The translations under genes and the position numbers were made by a program. A DNA stretch of 64,000 nucleotides from a bacterium (GTDB lineage Bacteria; UBA8248; JACPRG01; G963555815): contig OZ244653.1 in assembly GCA_965218795.1 (NCBI GenBank), positions 160,001 to 224,000 of the forward strand, written 5' to 3'. This document shows positions 22,408 through 32,881 of this stretch, piece by piece (position 1 is the stretch's first letter; the number at the start of each line of letters is the position of its first letter). The notes under the pieces were generated by a model. The model saw nothing but the letters and a program-made list of their open reading frames with translations, made no database searches and was not told the origin of the DNA.

Positions 22408-22563
22408 GATTTACTGTCCGAATCCGAATACTAACGGTTCCCGAGTCGCGGTGTGCCCCGTCAACAGATCATGCGGCGGAGGTCTGTCGACTGTCGCCTA
22501 TCGGTACGACCTTCGGGGTACGCGCGACACCGCCTGCTTCGTGGGTCCGTTCCAACTGCAAGG

Positions 22564-23372
22564 AGAAGTGGACCCCGGATTTTGGACAGCCCCGTAAGTG
22601 GAATCTTCCATGGTGATCAGGCAGCCATTTCGGGGCGAGCCAAATCGTAGTACACCGCATCCGGGGTGCGTCGGCCCAAGGCGCTATGACGGCGCTGGGC
22701 GTTGTAGAACTCGAAGTACCGGGCCAGCCCGGCTCGTAGTGCGGCCGGGGTCTCGTAGGCGCGCAGGAGGTACACATCCTCGTACTTTACACTGCGCCAC
22801 AGTCGTTCGACGAACACGTTGTCCAACCACCGGCCCTTGCCGTCCATGCTGATGGCGATGTCGTGGCTCGCGAGAATGCCGGTGAACGCTTCCGAAGTGA
22901 ATTGGGCGCCCTGGTCGGTGTTGAAGATGTCCGGCTTGCCGAAGCGCTGCAAGGCCTCCTCGAGCGCTTCGAGGCAGAACGCCGTGTCCAGGGTGTTCGA
23001 CACACGCCATGCAAGCACGCGGCGGGAGTGGAAGTCCATGATGGCCATCAAGTACATGAACCCCTTGGCCATCGGGAGATAACAGATGTCGGCCGCCCAG
23101 ACTTGGTTGGGGCGCTCAACGGTGAGGTCCCTGAGCCGGTAGGGGTACACCTTGTGCCCCTTGCCCGGATGTGTGGTGCGACGCCTTGGATACAGCGCTC
23201 TGAGACCCATGTGGCGCATCAGACGCTGAACCCGCTTGCGGTTGACGCGGTGGCCCCGGTTTTCGAGTTCGTCACGGATACGCCGGCTCCCGTAGAACGG
23301 GCGCTCAAGGTGAATCTCGTCGATGAGCCGCATCAAGGGGAGGTCGGCCTCACCGACCGGCTCCAGCAACAA
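22564..23372 (-). mobile_element. IS3-family orfB, 5'-truncated, with one IR
   Basis: WAADICY, TDQGAQF and DNVFVERLWRSVKYE motifs. IR-like AAGTGGACCCCGGATTTTGGACAG. Confidence 0.88.
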
Positions 23373-23377
23373 AAAGA

Positions 23378-23896
23378 TTATTTTGATTCTACCAAACGCT
23401 CTTGCAGCTCAATGGCTTGCATCAGAACCGCGTTGGCGTGATTGAAATTCTCACACTGGCCACGAAACTTGTCGGCCCACTTTTCGCCATGAAACAGGTT
23501 GTTTCGAAAGCGGTAGACAATGATGAGCAACGCAGCGGCAATCTCGGCTAAGTTCGCATCGTCGCTTTGTAGAACTTTTTTCACCGAGTCCAGTTGGTTG
23601 CCCTGCGGGAGACGGAGCCGAGCAAAATGGTTGGTGAATGCGCCGTTCGCATAATACCGATTTTGAAAATAGGCAAGTTCCGGGCTGAAAGAATCATCGA
23701 CAAGCAGACCCTGGTCAGCCCACTGTTCGGCGACTGCCCGAATCGCATTTGCGTTGCCGCGGGTTTTCAATGCCTTGGCTTCGAACAGGCTCCACAGCAG
23801 CGAGAATTGCATGATCGCATCCCGCTCGACATCCGACAGGTCGCAAAAGCCGGGTGCATTGTCGTGAAGCCAGTCAATTACGTTCATTTGGGTCAA
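23378..23896 (-). CDS. Hypothetical protein with HEPN-like R-x4-H motif
   Basis: FSLLWSLFE and IVYRFRNNLFHGEK. The stop abuts the truncated IS3. Confidence 0.65.
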   Translation of the reverse strand: MTQMNVIDWLHDNAPGFCDLSDVERDAIMQFSLLWSLFEAKALKTRGNANAIRAVAEQWADQGLLVDDSFSPELAYFQNRYYANGAFTNHFARLRLPQGNQLDSVKKVLQSDDANLAEIAAALLIIVYRFRNNLFHGEKWADKFRGQCENFNHANAVLMQAIELQERLVESK

Positions 23897-24079
23897 CTAG
23901 AGCAATAGTATGGAGGATTTTCGCAGTGCTCCTCCAACGTCTCCACCGGAAATGTCCGCGCAATCGCTGGATAGTGCTCACAGCGAGACCTAATGCGCTT
24001 CCAGTCGATTAGCCGGTGGACGAATTCACGCTGAGTTGGCTTGTGTTGAAGCGTGGTCATTGGTCATATCGCATAAGGG

Positions 24080-24285
24080 CGGCTCTCGTGACTCGTGTTG
24101 CTGCAGCTGGTAACGCTCAACCTGGATATGGTCTTCGCCCTAGCGCACTTGCACCAGATGGTAGGTGGTCTGTCGGCATAGTCAGAAACGGCGTTAAAAC
24201 ATCCTGCCTTCTCCAGCCGAATGGCTGTCTCCGGTGGCATGGCCGCATGGGCATTCGGTACGCACGGCCGCCTCACATGCCGGAA
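24080..24285 (-). pseudogene. HigA-family antitoxin remnant
   Basis: NAHAAMPPETAIRLEKAG, then frameshifted F*LCRQTTYHLVQVR*GEDHIQVERYQ. Confidence 0.6.
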
Positions 24286-24286
24286 T

Positions 24287-24679
24287 TTACAGCAGCGACA
24301 CACCCTCAAGCCGTGCCGCCTTCTGATCGAAGGTGTAAAGGGGATGAGCCCCGGATCGTTTCGCCGCCGCCAGAATCATCTGGTCAGAAAATTCGGAGCC
24401 ACCCGTCCGGTATCGGAACGCTGCGCGGGCTACATCGTCGGCCGCTTCGACCACGAGACCCTCGGTCGTCACCAGCTCTTCCAGTATCGTCGCAATCCGG
24501 GCGCGGGAATAGCCATAGGCCCTCTCCAACACCCAGGCGAGCTCAACCGTTACCTCCCGGCACACGTAGCCGGGCCGACCGGCGGTAAGCGATTCCAGGA
24601 GCCTCCGGGCGGCTTCCGCCTGTTCGGCGTCATCACGTACGAGGTAGCGGACGAGGACGTTGGTATCGACTGCGATCAT
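24287..24679 (-). CDS. vapC: VapC PIN-domain toxin
   Basis: MIAVDTNVLVRYL, ELAWVL, FSDQMI and YTFDQKA motifs. Confidence 0.9.
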   Translation of the reverse strand: MIAVDTNVLVRYLVRDDAEQAEAARRLLESLTAGRPGYVCREVTVELAWVLERAYGYSRARIATILEELVTTEGLVVEAADDVARAAFRYRTGGSEFSDQMILAAAKRSGAHPLYTFDQKAARLEGVSLL

Positions 24680-24909
24680 CCCTTGCACGCCCCATCGGCG
24701 ATGGCCCGCTCCATTTCCTCCACCGTGACGGCGGGGCCGTCATGCCGGAGGGCGCCGAACAGCCGGCTGATGGGGCGCACGGGCAGAATGCGCACTTCGC
24801 CATCGGCGATAACGTAGCGCACCCGGTCCCCAGCCTGCAAGCCAAGCGAATCCCGCACGGGCTTGGGCAGGGTCGTTTGCCCCTTCTTTGTGACAGAAGA
24901 TTCGATCAT
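24676..24909 (-). CDS. AbrB/MazE-type antitoxin (VapB)
   Basis: SSVTKKGQTTLPKPVRDSLGLQAGDRV. Overlaps the toxin start. Confidence 0.88.
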   Translation of the reverse strand: MIESSVTKKGQTTLPKPVRDSLGLQAGDRVRYVIADGEVRILPVRPISRLFGALRHDGPAVTVEEMERAIADGACKG

Positions 24910-25059
24910 GACAATTCCTCATTCAGCCTTTCAATATATAGATCTGCCTTATTTTTGTCAATTATCAAGGAACTTCTTGTAATCTCCGCACCTTCGTAGC
25001 TCATCATCTGCCGGTCTCCCTTTCTCCCCGCCCCACTCGACACCGTTCCTTGTGCGCCG

Positions 25060-25254
25060 GTAAGTAACCGCTCAAGACCACCAAGGGGGCTGGTGGCGAC
25101 AGCCCAAACCCGTCCACCAAAACGGGGATTCTCTAAGTAACTCCAATGTGGAAAGTTTCAACGGGAAGCTGAGAGATGAGCACCTGAACGTGGAGGTGTT
25201 GGAGGCGCTGAAGGAAGCCCAGGTGCTGGTGGAGAGGTGGAGGCGGGCGTACAG
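25060..25254 (+). mobile_element. Stacked IS debris (IS66-like end, IS3 IR, IS3 orfB fragment)
   Basis: GTAAGTAACCGCTCA end; GTCCACCAAAACGGGG; VESFNGKLRDEHLN...WRRAY. Confidence 0.6.
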
Positions 25255-25255
25255 C

Positions 25256-26369
25256 TAGTACCTTGTAACAGAGACTTTGCTAGTGGTGATTCGCCGTGAG
25301 CCATCAGTATAGCTCCACTTGATGGGTTTGGGTTTCTTGTTGCACTGTCGAATATAGCGCATCAGTTTTCGAGCCAAATCAGGAACCGAAGTGAAGACGC
25401 CGCGGGCAATGACGTCGCGTTGGATTTTTGAGAACCAGATTTCGACCTGATTCAACCAAGAGGAATAAGTTGGGGTGAAATGCAAATGCACGCGCGGGTG
25501 AGCGTCAAGAAACTGTCGCACGCGGCGGCTCTTATGAGCCGACAGATTGTCTGCGATGATGTGAATTTCACGCCGCTTGGGTTGTCTGGCCACGATGCCA
25601 GAAAGGAAAGCCACAAAGGCCTCGCTGGTGTGCCTCGCTGCGGTCTTGCCGATGACCTCGCCGGTCTTTGTATTCAGGGCCGCATACAGCGAGAGCGTTC
25701 CGTGCCGGTAATACTCGAAACCGTGACGCTCGGCGCGACCCGGAGAAAGCGGCAACACGGGATCGAATCGGTCCAAGGCCTGAATGGCGGTTTTTTCATC
25801 CACACAGAAAACGGCGGCGTGTTGCGGCGGGTTGACATAGAGGCCAATGATATCGGCCGCCTTCTTCTCAAAGTCCGGATCATTCGATGCCATGTAACGT
25901 TGAATGCGGTGGGGTTGCAGACCCGCACGTTTCCAAACCCGGGCCACCATCATGTGGTGGGTGCCCAACTGCCGCGCCAGCTTGCGACTACTCCAGTGCG
26001 TCGATCCGTCCGGTGGTCGGCGCCTGGTCCAGTCCAGAATCCGAGCCTCCAGCCGGGGGGTGCGCTTGTGAACCGCTCGACCGCAATGTCTGGAATACAA
26101 GCCGGCCAGTCCCTCTTGTTGGAACCGGGTCTTCCATCGGCTCACATACCGGGCATCGCAGCCCACGGCGCGCTGGATCCTCAAATAAGACTCCCCGGCA
26201 TCGAGCATCAGAATGACTTGGGCTCGTCGGACGTCTTCGGACCGCAGCACGCGCGAACGGGATCGCCGTTGCAGTTCTTCTCTTTCATCGGAAGTCAGCT
26301 GAATGGGGTGTTTGGCATGCATGATACTGTACCAAACATTACTGGCTATTTCAATGTTACAGTCCACTA
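25256..26369 (-). mobile_element. IS630-family element; transposase 25255-26322
   Basis: CTAG at both ends. CVDEKT, YYRHGT, IADNLSAH and SSWLNQVE motifs. Confidence 0.93.
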
Positions 26370-26548
26370 GGCACCGCCCACTCACCATATTTAGCGGGAT
26401 TTTCTCGCACCCGGTGGTCCAACTTCGAGGGTAAGTGCCCCAGCGCCCGCTCCATTGGGTGGTCCAAATTTCGGGGAGCAGGTCAGTGTCGTTAGCACAC
26501 AAGCGTCCCGGTCTGCGAAGGAACGACCGCAATCACGGATCCGAGAGA

Positions 26549-27187
26549 TCAATGAGGATAGGTAAACACGCCGCGGCACTCCGAATCCGCTAAGGCGCGT
26601 CGCTCTGACGGTTCCGGTGTCTCCAGTTCAAGTCTGACCGGCGTTCCATTGTGCTCGAGTACTACCTCGACCGCATTCAGTCGCGCGCCAATCGTGTCTT
26701 TGTGATCGTGCCGTGTTACCGTATTGCAGTGCGCTAGCACAGTACCCGGCAAGATCGCCGAATAGGATTGGCTCTCACCTCCTGCAAATAGGGTCAGTTT
26801 CTTTATGTCGGTCTTTAATCCATTGATCACAATTGTGTAACTCGCTTTACTGATGACGTCCGATGGAAATTTCGAGCGCAAGACTTTCACTGCATTGTTC
26901 ATTTCCTCTTGGCACTTGTTGATGATCAGTCGCGCGCTAACGCCCATGACTTTCAGGCTGTCAAATGTGTCGTTCGCCGCGCAAACGTATGACGATAGGG
27001 ACGTCATTTCAATTGGCTTGATGGTCACCTCTTTTGGAAACGTCGGCCGATACTGCCGCAAGGCAGATCGGATCAGGCCCTCTGCGTTCAGAAGATCGAC
27101 CAAGAGACTAACCGCAGGGATAACCACCATACCGGCCTTGACCACGGTACGCCATGTTACCTTGGTTGCTCTCATCGCACTTCGCAC
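26549..27187 (-). CDS. Hypothetical protein with an N-terminal hydrophobic segment
   Basis: Long lower-GC ORF overlapping the stop of the upstream ORF. Confidence 0.55.
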   Translation of the reverse strand: MRSAMRATKVTWRTVVKAGMVVIPAVSLLVDLLNAEGLIRSALRQYRPTFPKEVTIKPIEMTSLSSYVCAANDTFDSLKVMGVSARLIINKCQEEMNNAVKVLRSKFPSDVISKASYTIVINGLKTDIKKLTLFAGGESQSYSAILPGTVLAHCNTVTRHDHKDTIGARLNAVEVVLEHNGTPVRLELETPEPSERRALADSECRGVFTYPH

Positions 27188-29085
27188 GGCAAATCGTTCA
27201 CGGTTGCGCGCGCCAACACCTTGACAGCCGTCAAACTCGACTCCAGCAGCGCGTCGTCAAATTCCACATTATCAGCGGCATCGAACAAGGGTTTAATATC
27301 GGCCTTCTCAAAGAGTTGGAGTTCTTCTCCATAACGTCCGAACGTTCCGACAGCCCAAGCGGCTGCGTAGGCCCGCTGCCTAACCTCTGTCTGCAGTTCG
27401 TTCCAAAGACTAGGACTGAGCGACATTAGTCCCAAAATGTACCGATATGACAGCCACCCCGGGTCTCTCAAGTATTGCTTTGTCCGGCAGGCTTGCACTT
27501 GACCTTCCTCCGTCAGCGGTTGTTCCTCAATTGCTTGTCTTGCAACAGCCATATCCTTATCAAACGCAGAAGCTTCAACAGCTACCCCGGTCGCGGCTTG
27601 CTTGAGCGCCCACCCAAATCTTTCAATCCTCTCTTCCAGGACGTCGGGATCTGTGGCGACGGCATTGGCAACCGCAGCCAACAGGGTTCTGGCCATCTCC
27701 TCTCCTCTCCCTGTAGCGAAGATTTCACCAACGAAAGCCGAACGTTTCGCCGAACGTGGGTTCAAGAACGCGTGGTAGAGTTCATGCAGAAGCTGTGCGG
27801 TGACAAGCTTGAAAACCTCAGATTTCCCGCCACTCTCGTTCAGCGTCGGCGTATACAAAGACTTGGTATCCTCACAATAGAACGCCACGCCTAACGGCAC
27901 AGAGATATTCCCGCAATGGCTGTCCGACCTCATATCGTTTCCCAAGAAGATCCACGTAGCGGAGTTCAACAGGTCGTCGAACGAGCGCGCGAGAGACAGT
28001 CCCGCGCTCTCCAATTGTACGGCCGAAGCCAATAAACTGATGGCGGAAATGTTTAGCATCAACGCGTCAACTGATTCATCGGTGGAAAACACCATGACGA
28101 AATTAGTTGGCTGATCGGTAAAAACGGTTCGGTAGGCTTTCGGAAGGTTGGCGAACATGACGATAGATTGAACGAAGTCATGTATCGAGATGTTCGACAA
28201 ATTCGTGCTCACAAGATGCACCTCCGGAACGACCGAAATCAGTTGATCGAACGGTACACCCTTGCGGTACATCACTACATCGTCAGGCGAATACAATTCC
28301 GACAGAACGCGCGCCTTCTTCTGCTGCCGCGAGTCAAAACTTTTTTTAAAGTGCTGCGTGTCTCCTGCAATTCTGAACATTTCACCAAATAACACGTAGC
28401 GACTGAAGGCAAATACGTCGTGCCAATCCGGCTTGTACGAACGAGTTTTTAGAAGCATGTCTTTCAGCATCTGTCGCGCTTCCGGTTCGGTCAAGCCGCC
28501 ATCGCGAACTGCAGGAATCTGGCTGACATCAATAAAGTCTGTTGGGTAAATGTTCTGTTCGGTCGCTAAGGTGTATAACTTCCGAACTACATCCATGTTC
28601 CATGGTCCCGAGCAATAGTACCAGATTTCTGACGGGATCGCGTCCAGAGAAAATTCGCCCAGACTGGCTTCATTGATGCATGCTGCCTGTGAAAAATCCG
28701 TATGCGTCGCGTACTTAAGAGTCACCTTCTCGCCAAGTGTTGGCGACAGACGGGTCTTGAGGGCTTCGAGATTCAATTCCAAAGCGCGCCACTGGTCCCA
28801 GGGTTCTGTGTGCTTGGTAAGGGCCTTGATGACATCATCCACCGGGGTCATGGTCGTGGGGTCGGTCCGGCTGCCGAGATCAGACCCACGAGAGCCACGG
28901 TGTCCTTCCAAATTGATAGTTGGGATCGGCTTTATAGTCTGATCGGGTGTTATCACGTCCTCCACGATTACCACCAGGAAAGCACAAGCAACGATGGCCA
29001 GACTCTTTGCGGCTAACCCCCAACTTCGTGACACAATGAAGGTAAAGCAGATGAAGAAAATGATTAGCTTTGGTGCAATGTCCAT
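27172..29085 (-). CDS. Membrane-anchored putative zinc metallopeptidase
   Basis: Two N-terminal hydrophobic helices; HCG..AFYC, LLHELYH (HEXXH), downstream AFVGE and YAAAWA. Confidence 0.6.
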   Translation of the reverse strand: MDIAPKLIIFFICFTFIVSRSWGLAAKSLAIVACAFLVVIVEDVITPDQTIKPIPTINLEGHRGSRGSDLGSRTDPTTMTPVDDVIKALTKHTEPWDQWRALELNLEALKTRLSPTLGEKVTLKYATHTDFSQAACINEASLGEFSLDAIPSEIWYYCSGPWNMDVVRKLYTLATEQNIYPTDFIDVSQIPAVRDGGLTEPEARQMLKDMLLKTRSYKPDWHDVFAFSRYVLFGEMFRIAGDTQHFKKSFDSRQQKKARVLSELYSPDDVVMYRKGVPFDQLISVVPEVHLVSTNLSNISIHDFVQSIVMFANLPKAYRTVFTDQPTNFVMVFSTDESVDALMLNISAISLLASAVQLESAGLSLARSFDDLLNSATWIFLGNDMRSDSHCGNISVPLGVAFYCEDTKSLYTPTLNESGGKSEVFKLVTAQLLHELYHAFLNPRSAKRSAFVGEIFATGRGEEMARTLLAAVANAVATDPDVLEERIERFGWALKQAATGVAVEASAFDKDMAVARQAIEEQPLTEEGQVQACRTKQYLRDPGWLSYRYILGLMSLSPSLWNELQTEVRQRAYAAAWAVGTFGRYGEELQLFEKADIKPLFDAADNVEFDDALLESSLTAVKVLARATVNDLPCEVR

Positions 29086-29624
29086 TCTTCACTCCGAGCC
29101 TGCGAACATAGTACCATTGAAGTCTGGCGAATCTTCGGTCTGAATGTTCTTTTTGGATGCCGAAACAGGATTGCTCATCTTTTAACTCCAATTACAGGGG
29201 CAAGGCCAACTGATTCTTTCCTGCTCGGACCTTTGATTCAGATTTGACTTCCCGTTTGAAGGGGGAAGGTCAGGGCATACCATTGAAATAGATTACGCGA
29301 TCCGGTTCGCAGTTGATCAGCATTTCCTGTCGCACTGGACACGGATCGGGGTTAACGATGTTTGAGTTGGATTATGCATCGTCAAGACTGGTTTGAGTCA
29401 ACGATCCGGCTGCTTTTCACACCGCTCCTCCCTATGTAGTAGAACTGGCAGCTGCTGTCCAGGATACGAATGAGAATGGCGTTGGCTAGGACCGGTCGGC
29501 GACGAGGTGATCCCAGCAAATAGGACGGGTTGCTCAGGACCATTCGGAGTTTTTTCTCTCACACCCGTCGCCCAGGAGACCACCAATCCGTTCACCGCCC
29601 GGGACCGGATCCTTTGGCGGGAGT

Positions 29625-32567
29625 CTAGTTCCGTAGCCGCTGTTGCCGAACGTCCCGGGTGTAGCTGCAGTCGGGCCAATTCGTGCATCCCAGAAAGCGA
29701 CCGTACTTGCCGGTCCTGGGTTGCAGCCAGCCGCCGCAGTCGGGGCATCCCTCAATGGCCTGACCGCAGTCGCGGCAACGGAACTTGCCCTCCGCCTTGA
29801 CGGGCAATCCCGTCTTGCAAGCAGGGCAGGAGGACTGCCTGTGCCCGCAGTAGGGCCAGTTCGAGCAGCCGTAGAAGGCGCTCCCGTCCCGGGCATTCTC
29901 GCGCCGTTCTAGCCTCCCCTTGACGCATGTGGGACAGGCCACATCGCTTTCCGGCGATCGCCCGAAGACGGTGACGTCGTACCCCTCATCGATCAATTCC
30001 AGCACAAAGGAGGAGGGCGGACCGCCGTCGGCGAGAAGGAAGGCATGGCGTCTGGCCCGCGTGATGGCGACGTACAGCAAGCGCCGCTCCTCGGCGTTCG
30101 GATGCCCTTCGGGTTGCGCGAGAACCAGATCCAGGAGCGGATCATCCACGATCTCGGATGGAAAGCCGTGTCTGCCGGAGCACAAGCCGAGCACCACGAC
30201 GTAATCGGCCTCGAGCCCCTTCGAGCCGTGCACGGTCATATAGGAGAGCCGCAGCCTGGGATGCTCTTTTGCCAGACCGGGCATGTTCCGAGGCCGCGTG
30301 TGCCTGTACCGGCCCAGCAACAGGACGGTCGATGTCCCGTCATGACCGGCCGCGTCGGCCGCGATCCGGTTCAGCGACTCCCCCAGCAGGGAAAGGCGTT
30401 CGTCGCCGGGAAGGCCGACGTGCACACTGGGCCGGTCCGCCTGGCGAACCGAACGGACCTTCTTGCGGATCTGCGCGGGGTTGCCCAGGACGAACCGGCT
30501 TGCGACCCCGCCGATGCGATCGGAGCACCGGAAGGTCGTCTCCAGGTCGACGCGCTCGCTGTGCCCGAAGCGCTCTCCGACCTCGCGCATGATGGCGATA
30601 TCCGACCCGGCGAACCGGAATATGGCCTGCCAGTCGTCTCCCACGGCGAACAGCTGGGCCTTGGGTGACCGGTCCAGCAACGCCTTCAACAGCCTTGCTC
30701 TCCCGGGCGAGATGTCCTGGAACTCGTCGACGAGGATGTAGCCGAACGGACTGGCATAGCGCCCGGACGTCACGTGGTCCGTGGCCTTGTTGATCATGTC
30801 GTGGAAGTCGATCTGCCCAAGTTCGTCGAGGGTTTCCTGGTAGCGCTCGAAGATCGGCGTGAACACGGACAGGAACGCCTCCGCCCGCGGGCGGTCGGAA
30901 GCGGTGGCGGCCCGTTGCGCCACTTCCCGGAAAGAAAGCCGGGACCCCTTGTAGTGCTGAAGAAAGGTCGCCACCAGGCGCGTGAACGGGTCGATCCGGC
31001 CCTGTTCGTCCAGGACCGTGAAGACATCGGCGGGGGGGATCGGAGACAGGGTCACTCCATGGTCGCCGAGTTTCCCGGCCAGGTTCCGGGTCAACGTGCC
31101 CGCGGCGTGTTCGTGGCTGAAGGTCTCGATGAGGACGGTGCCGCGCTCGGCGTGGAGCCGCCGCTTCCAGTCCCTCGACCGGAGATACTCTTCCCGGTCG
31201 ATGAAGGGAGGGGTATTCCCCGATGCGTTGAGCGCGAAATGCTCGATGTAGATCCCGGCGTCGGGAAGGTAGAAATCGGGCTGGTATTGCCGCCTGTCCG
31301 GTGTGGCGGTGTCGTGTTCGTAGGCGCGTTCGTACTCGTAGGGCACGCCGTTGAGATAGAGAAAGTTGGCGATGTCGCACTCCTCGAAGCTCTTGACCAT
31401 CTCGCCCTTCAACGAACGGATTTCGTGGCGCCGGATATAGTCCCAGTATTCGCCAAGAGTCTGGAACTCGTGCTCGCTCTTGTACGGCGCGAACTGATCC
31501 TGAAACCACTTGAGCAATATCACGGAGAACTTCCGGTCGGCGAGCAGATCGGCGACGATGCGCTTCAGCAGGTCGAGCAGGGCCTTGTCGTCCTCGGCCA
31601 CCTTGGCCAGCGTCGGACGCTTGCCCTCGGCTTCTCCGATGATCGACATGCCCAGGCTGTGGAACGTCCGAACGGTCATGCCGCGAGCCGTCTCCTTGTC
31701 AAGACGTCTCCGGACTCGATCCTCCAGCTCTTTCCGGGCGTCCTTGGCGAAGGCCAGGAGCAGCAGTTCCGACGGGCGTCGGTGGCCTCTCCGGACAAGC
31801 CAGCCGGCCTTGGCCACGATCACCGATGTCTTGCCGCTGCCGGCCGCGGCCACGACCAGGTTTCGTCCTTCGTCCACGACGACCGCTCTGCGCTGCTCGT
31901 CCGTGAGGGGCCGCGCCTCGACCTTGTCGAAGAACTCCCACGAACGGGTCAACTCGTTCGCGACAAAGGTCTTGTTGGCGTTCGTCCGAACACGATCGGG
32001 GTCCTTCAGAAAATCCAGAATCCCGTTCAACATCCGGAATTCCGGGGTCATCGGCAGCCTGTCCGACCATCGGGACGGAAACCGGCCGGCCGCCTTCTCG
32101 GCGTCGCGCCGGAGGTCCGAAAAGACGCCGCGCGTCGTGTAGCCAGGCGGGTCCGCGAGCCGATCCAGGCGGCCGTATACGGAACGTAGCGGCCCGGCCT
32201 GCGCCGCGAGCGCCCTCCGCCACCAGTGGACGCGCCCGGCTTCCAGCGCGTCGGCGAGCGCCGTGGCGTCGCCCCGGGACAGACCCGATACGGCCTCTTC
32301 CCGGGACGCACAGCGGATCCTCACGCCCCGCCAGCGCCACCCGTCTTCCAGTTTGACCGTCTCGATCTCCTCAAGGGGGATGTCCACGGATCGGGACGGA
32401 AGCGTCAGCGTCAACGCGTCCGCGTTCAGTGCGGCGGCCTTGGCGTCTGCCGGGCGAACGATCGCGAACAGGAACGACGCGAGCCCGCTTCGTCTGAACG
32501 TAAGAGGGGTTTCAGGCGGTAAGGCGGGCGTGGGTGGATTGGGCATTGCGTCCAAGCGGTATTGCAC
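29625..32567 (-). CDS. helD: HelD/helicase IV-like UvrD helicase with C-terminal zinc ribbons
   Basis: AAAGSGKT, LVDEFQD, VGDDWQ, TVHGSKGLE and EERRLLYVAITRA motifs. Topoisomerase-type C4 zinc fingers. Confidence 0.85.
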   Translation of the reverse strand: MQYRLDAMPNPPTPALPPETPLTFRRSGLASFLFAIVRPADAKAAALNADALTLTLPSRSVDIPLEEIETVKLEDGWRWRGVRIRCASREEAVSGLSRGDATALADALEAGRVHWWRRALAAQAGPLRSVYGRLDRLADPPGYTTRGVFSDLRRDAEKAAGRFPSRWSDRLPMTPEFRMLNGILDFLKDPDRVRTNANKTFVANELTRSWEFFDKVEARPLTDEQRRAVVVDEGRNLVVAAAGSGKTSVIVAKAGWLVRRGHRRPSELLLLAFAKDARKELEDRVRRRLDKETARGMTVRTFHSLGMSIIGEAEGKRPTLAKVAEDDKALLDLLKRIVADLLADRKFSVILLKWFQDQFAPYKSEHEFQTLGEYWDYIRRHEIRSLKGEMVKSFEECDIANFLYLNGVPYEYERAYEHDTATPDRRQYQPDFYLPDAGIYIEHFALNASGNTPPFIDREEYLRSRDWKRRLHAERGTVLIETFSHEHAAGTLTRNLAGKLGDHGVTLSPIPPADVFTVLDEQGRIDPFTRLVATFLQHYKGSRLSFREVAQRAATASDRPRAEAFLSVFTPIFERYQETLDELGQIDFHDMINKATDHVTSGRYASPFGYILVDEFQDISPGRARLLKALLDRSPKAQLFAVGDDWQAIFRFAGSDIAIMREVGERFGHSERVDLETTFRCSDRIGGVASRFVLGNPAQIRKKVRSVRQADRPSVHVGLPGDERLSLLGESLNRIAADAAGHDGTSTVLLLGRYRHTRPRNMPGLAKEHPRLRLSYMTVHGSKGLEADYVVVLGLCSGRHGFPSEIVDDPLLDLVLAQPEGHPNAEERRLLYVAITRARRHAFLLADGGPPSSFVLELIDEGYDVTVFGRSPESDVACPTCVKGRLERRENARDGSAFYGCSNWPYCGHRQSSCPACKTGLPVKAEGKFRCRDCGQAIEGCPDCGGWLQPRTGKYGRFLGCTNWPDCSYTRDVRQQRLRN

Positions 32568-32881
32568 GAGAAGCAGGTAACGTGGGCTTCCCCGCGCTAT
32601 GGTTCACGGTCAACTCCGGGACATGACGGAAATTCGGGCTGAGGCTGCCGCAGGCAAGCGGTGACGGCGCGGTCCGGTCGATGATACGCCTTCGATTCCG
32701 CAAGACTCTTTGTCCGAAGTCGTGGCCGCCGCGCTTCCCATCATCGGGTCGGTCGGTGCTATCGGCTCATTGGAGACCGCGAGCCCTGCGCCGCGCGTGG
32801 GAGCCCATCCAGCCGGTTCGGGCACTCAATACCACGCCAACTCGACGACCGGACGCCTTACGAGCCGGCCCCTAGCGTCCG

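Noticed and set aside
32586-32610. TTCCCCGCGC resembling a solitary I-E repeat
   Set aside because: The second half of the stem is absent, and such a match is expected by chance at this GC content.
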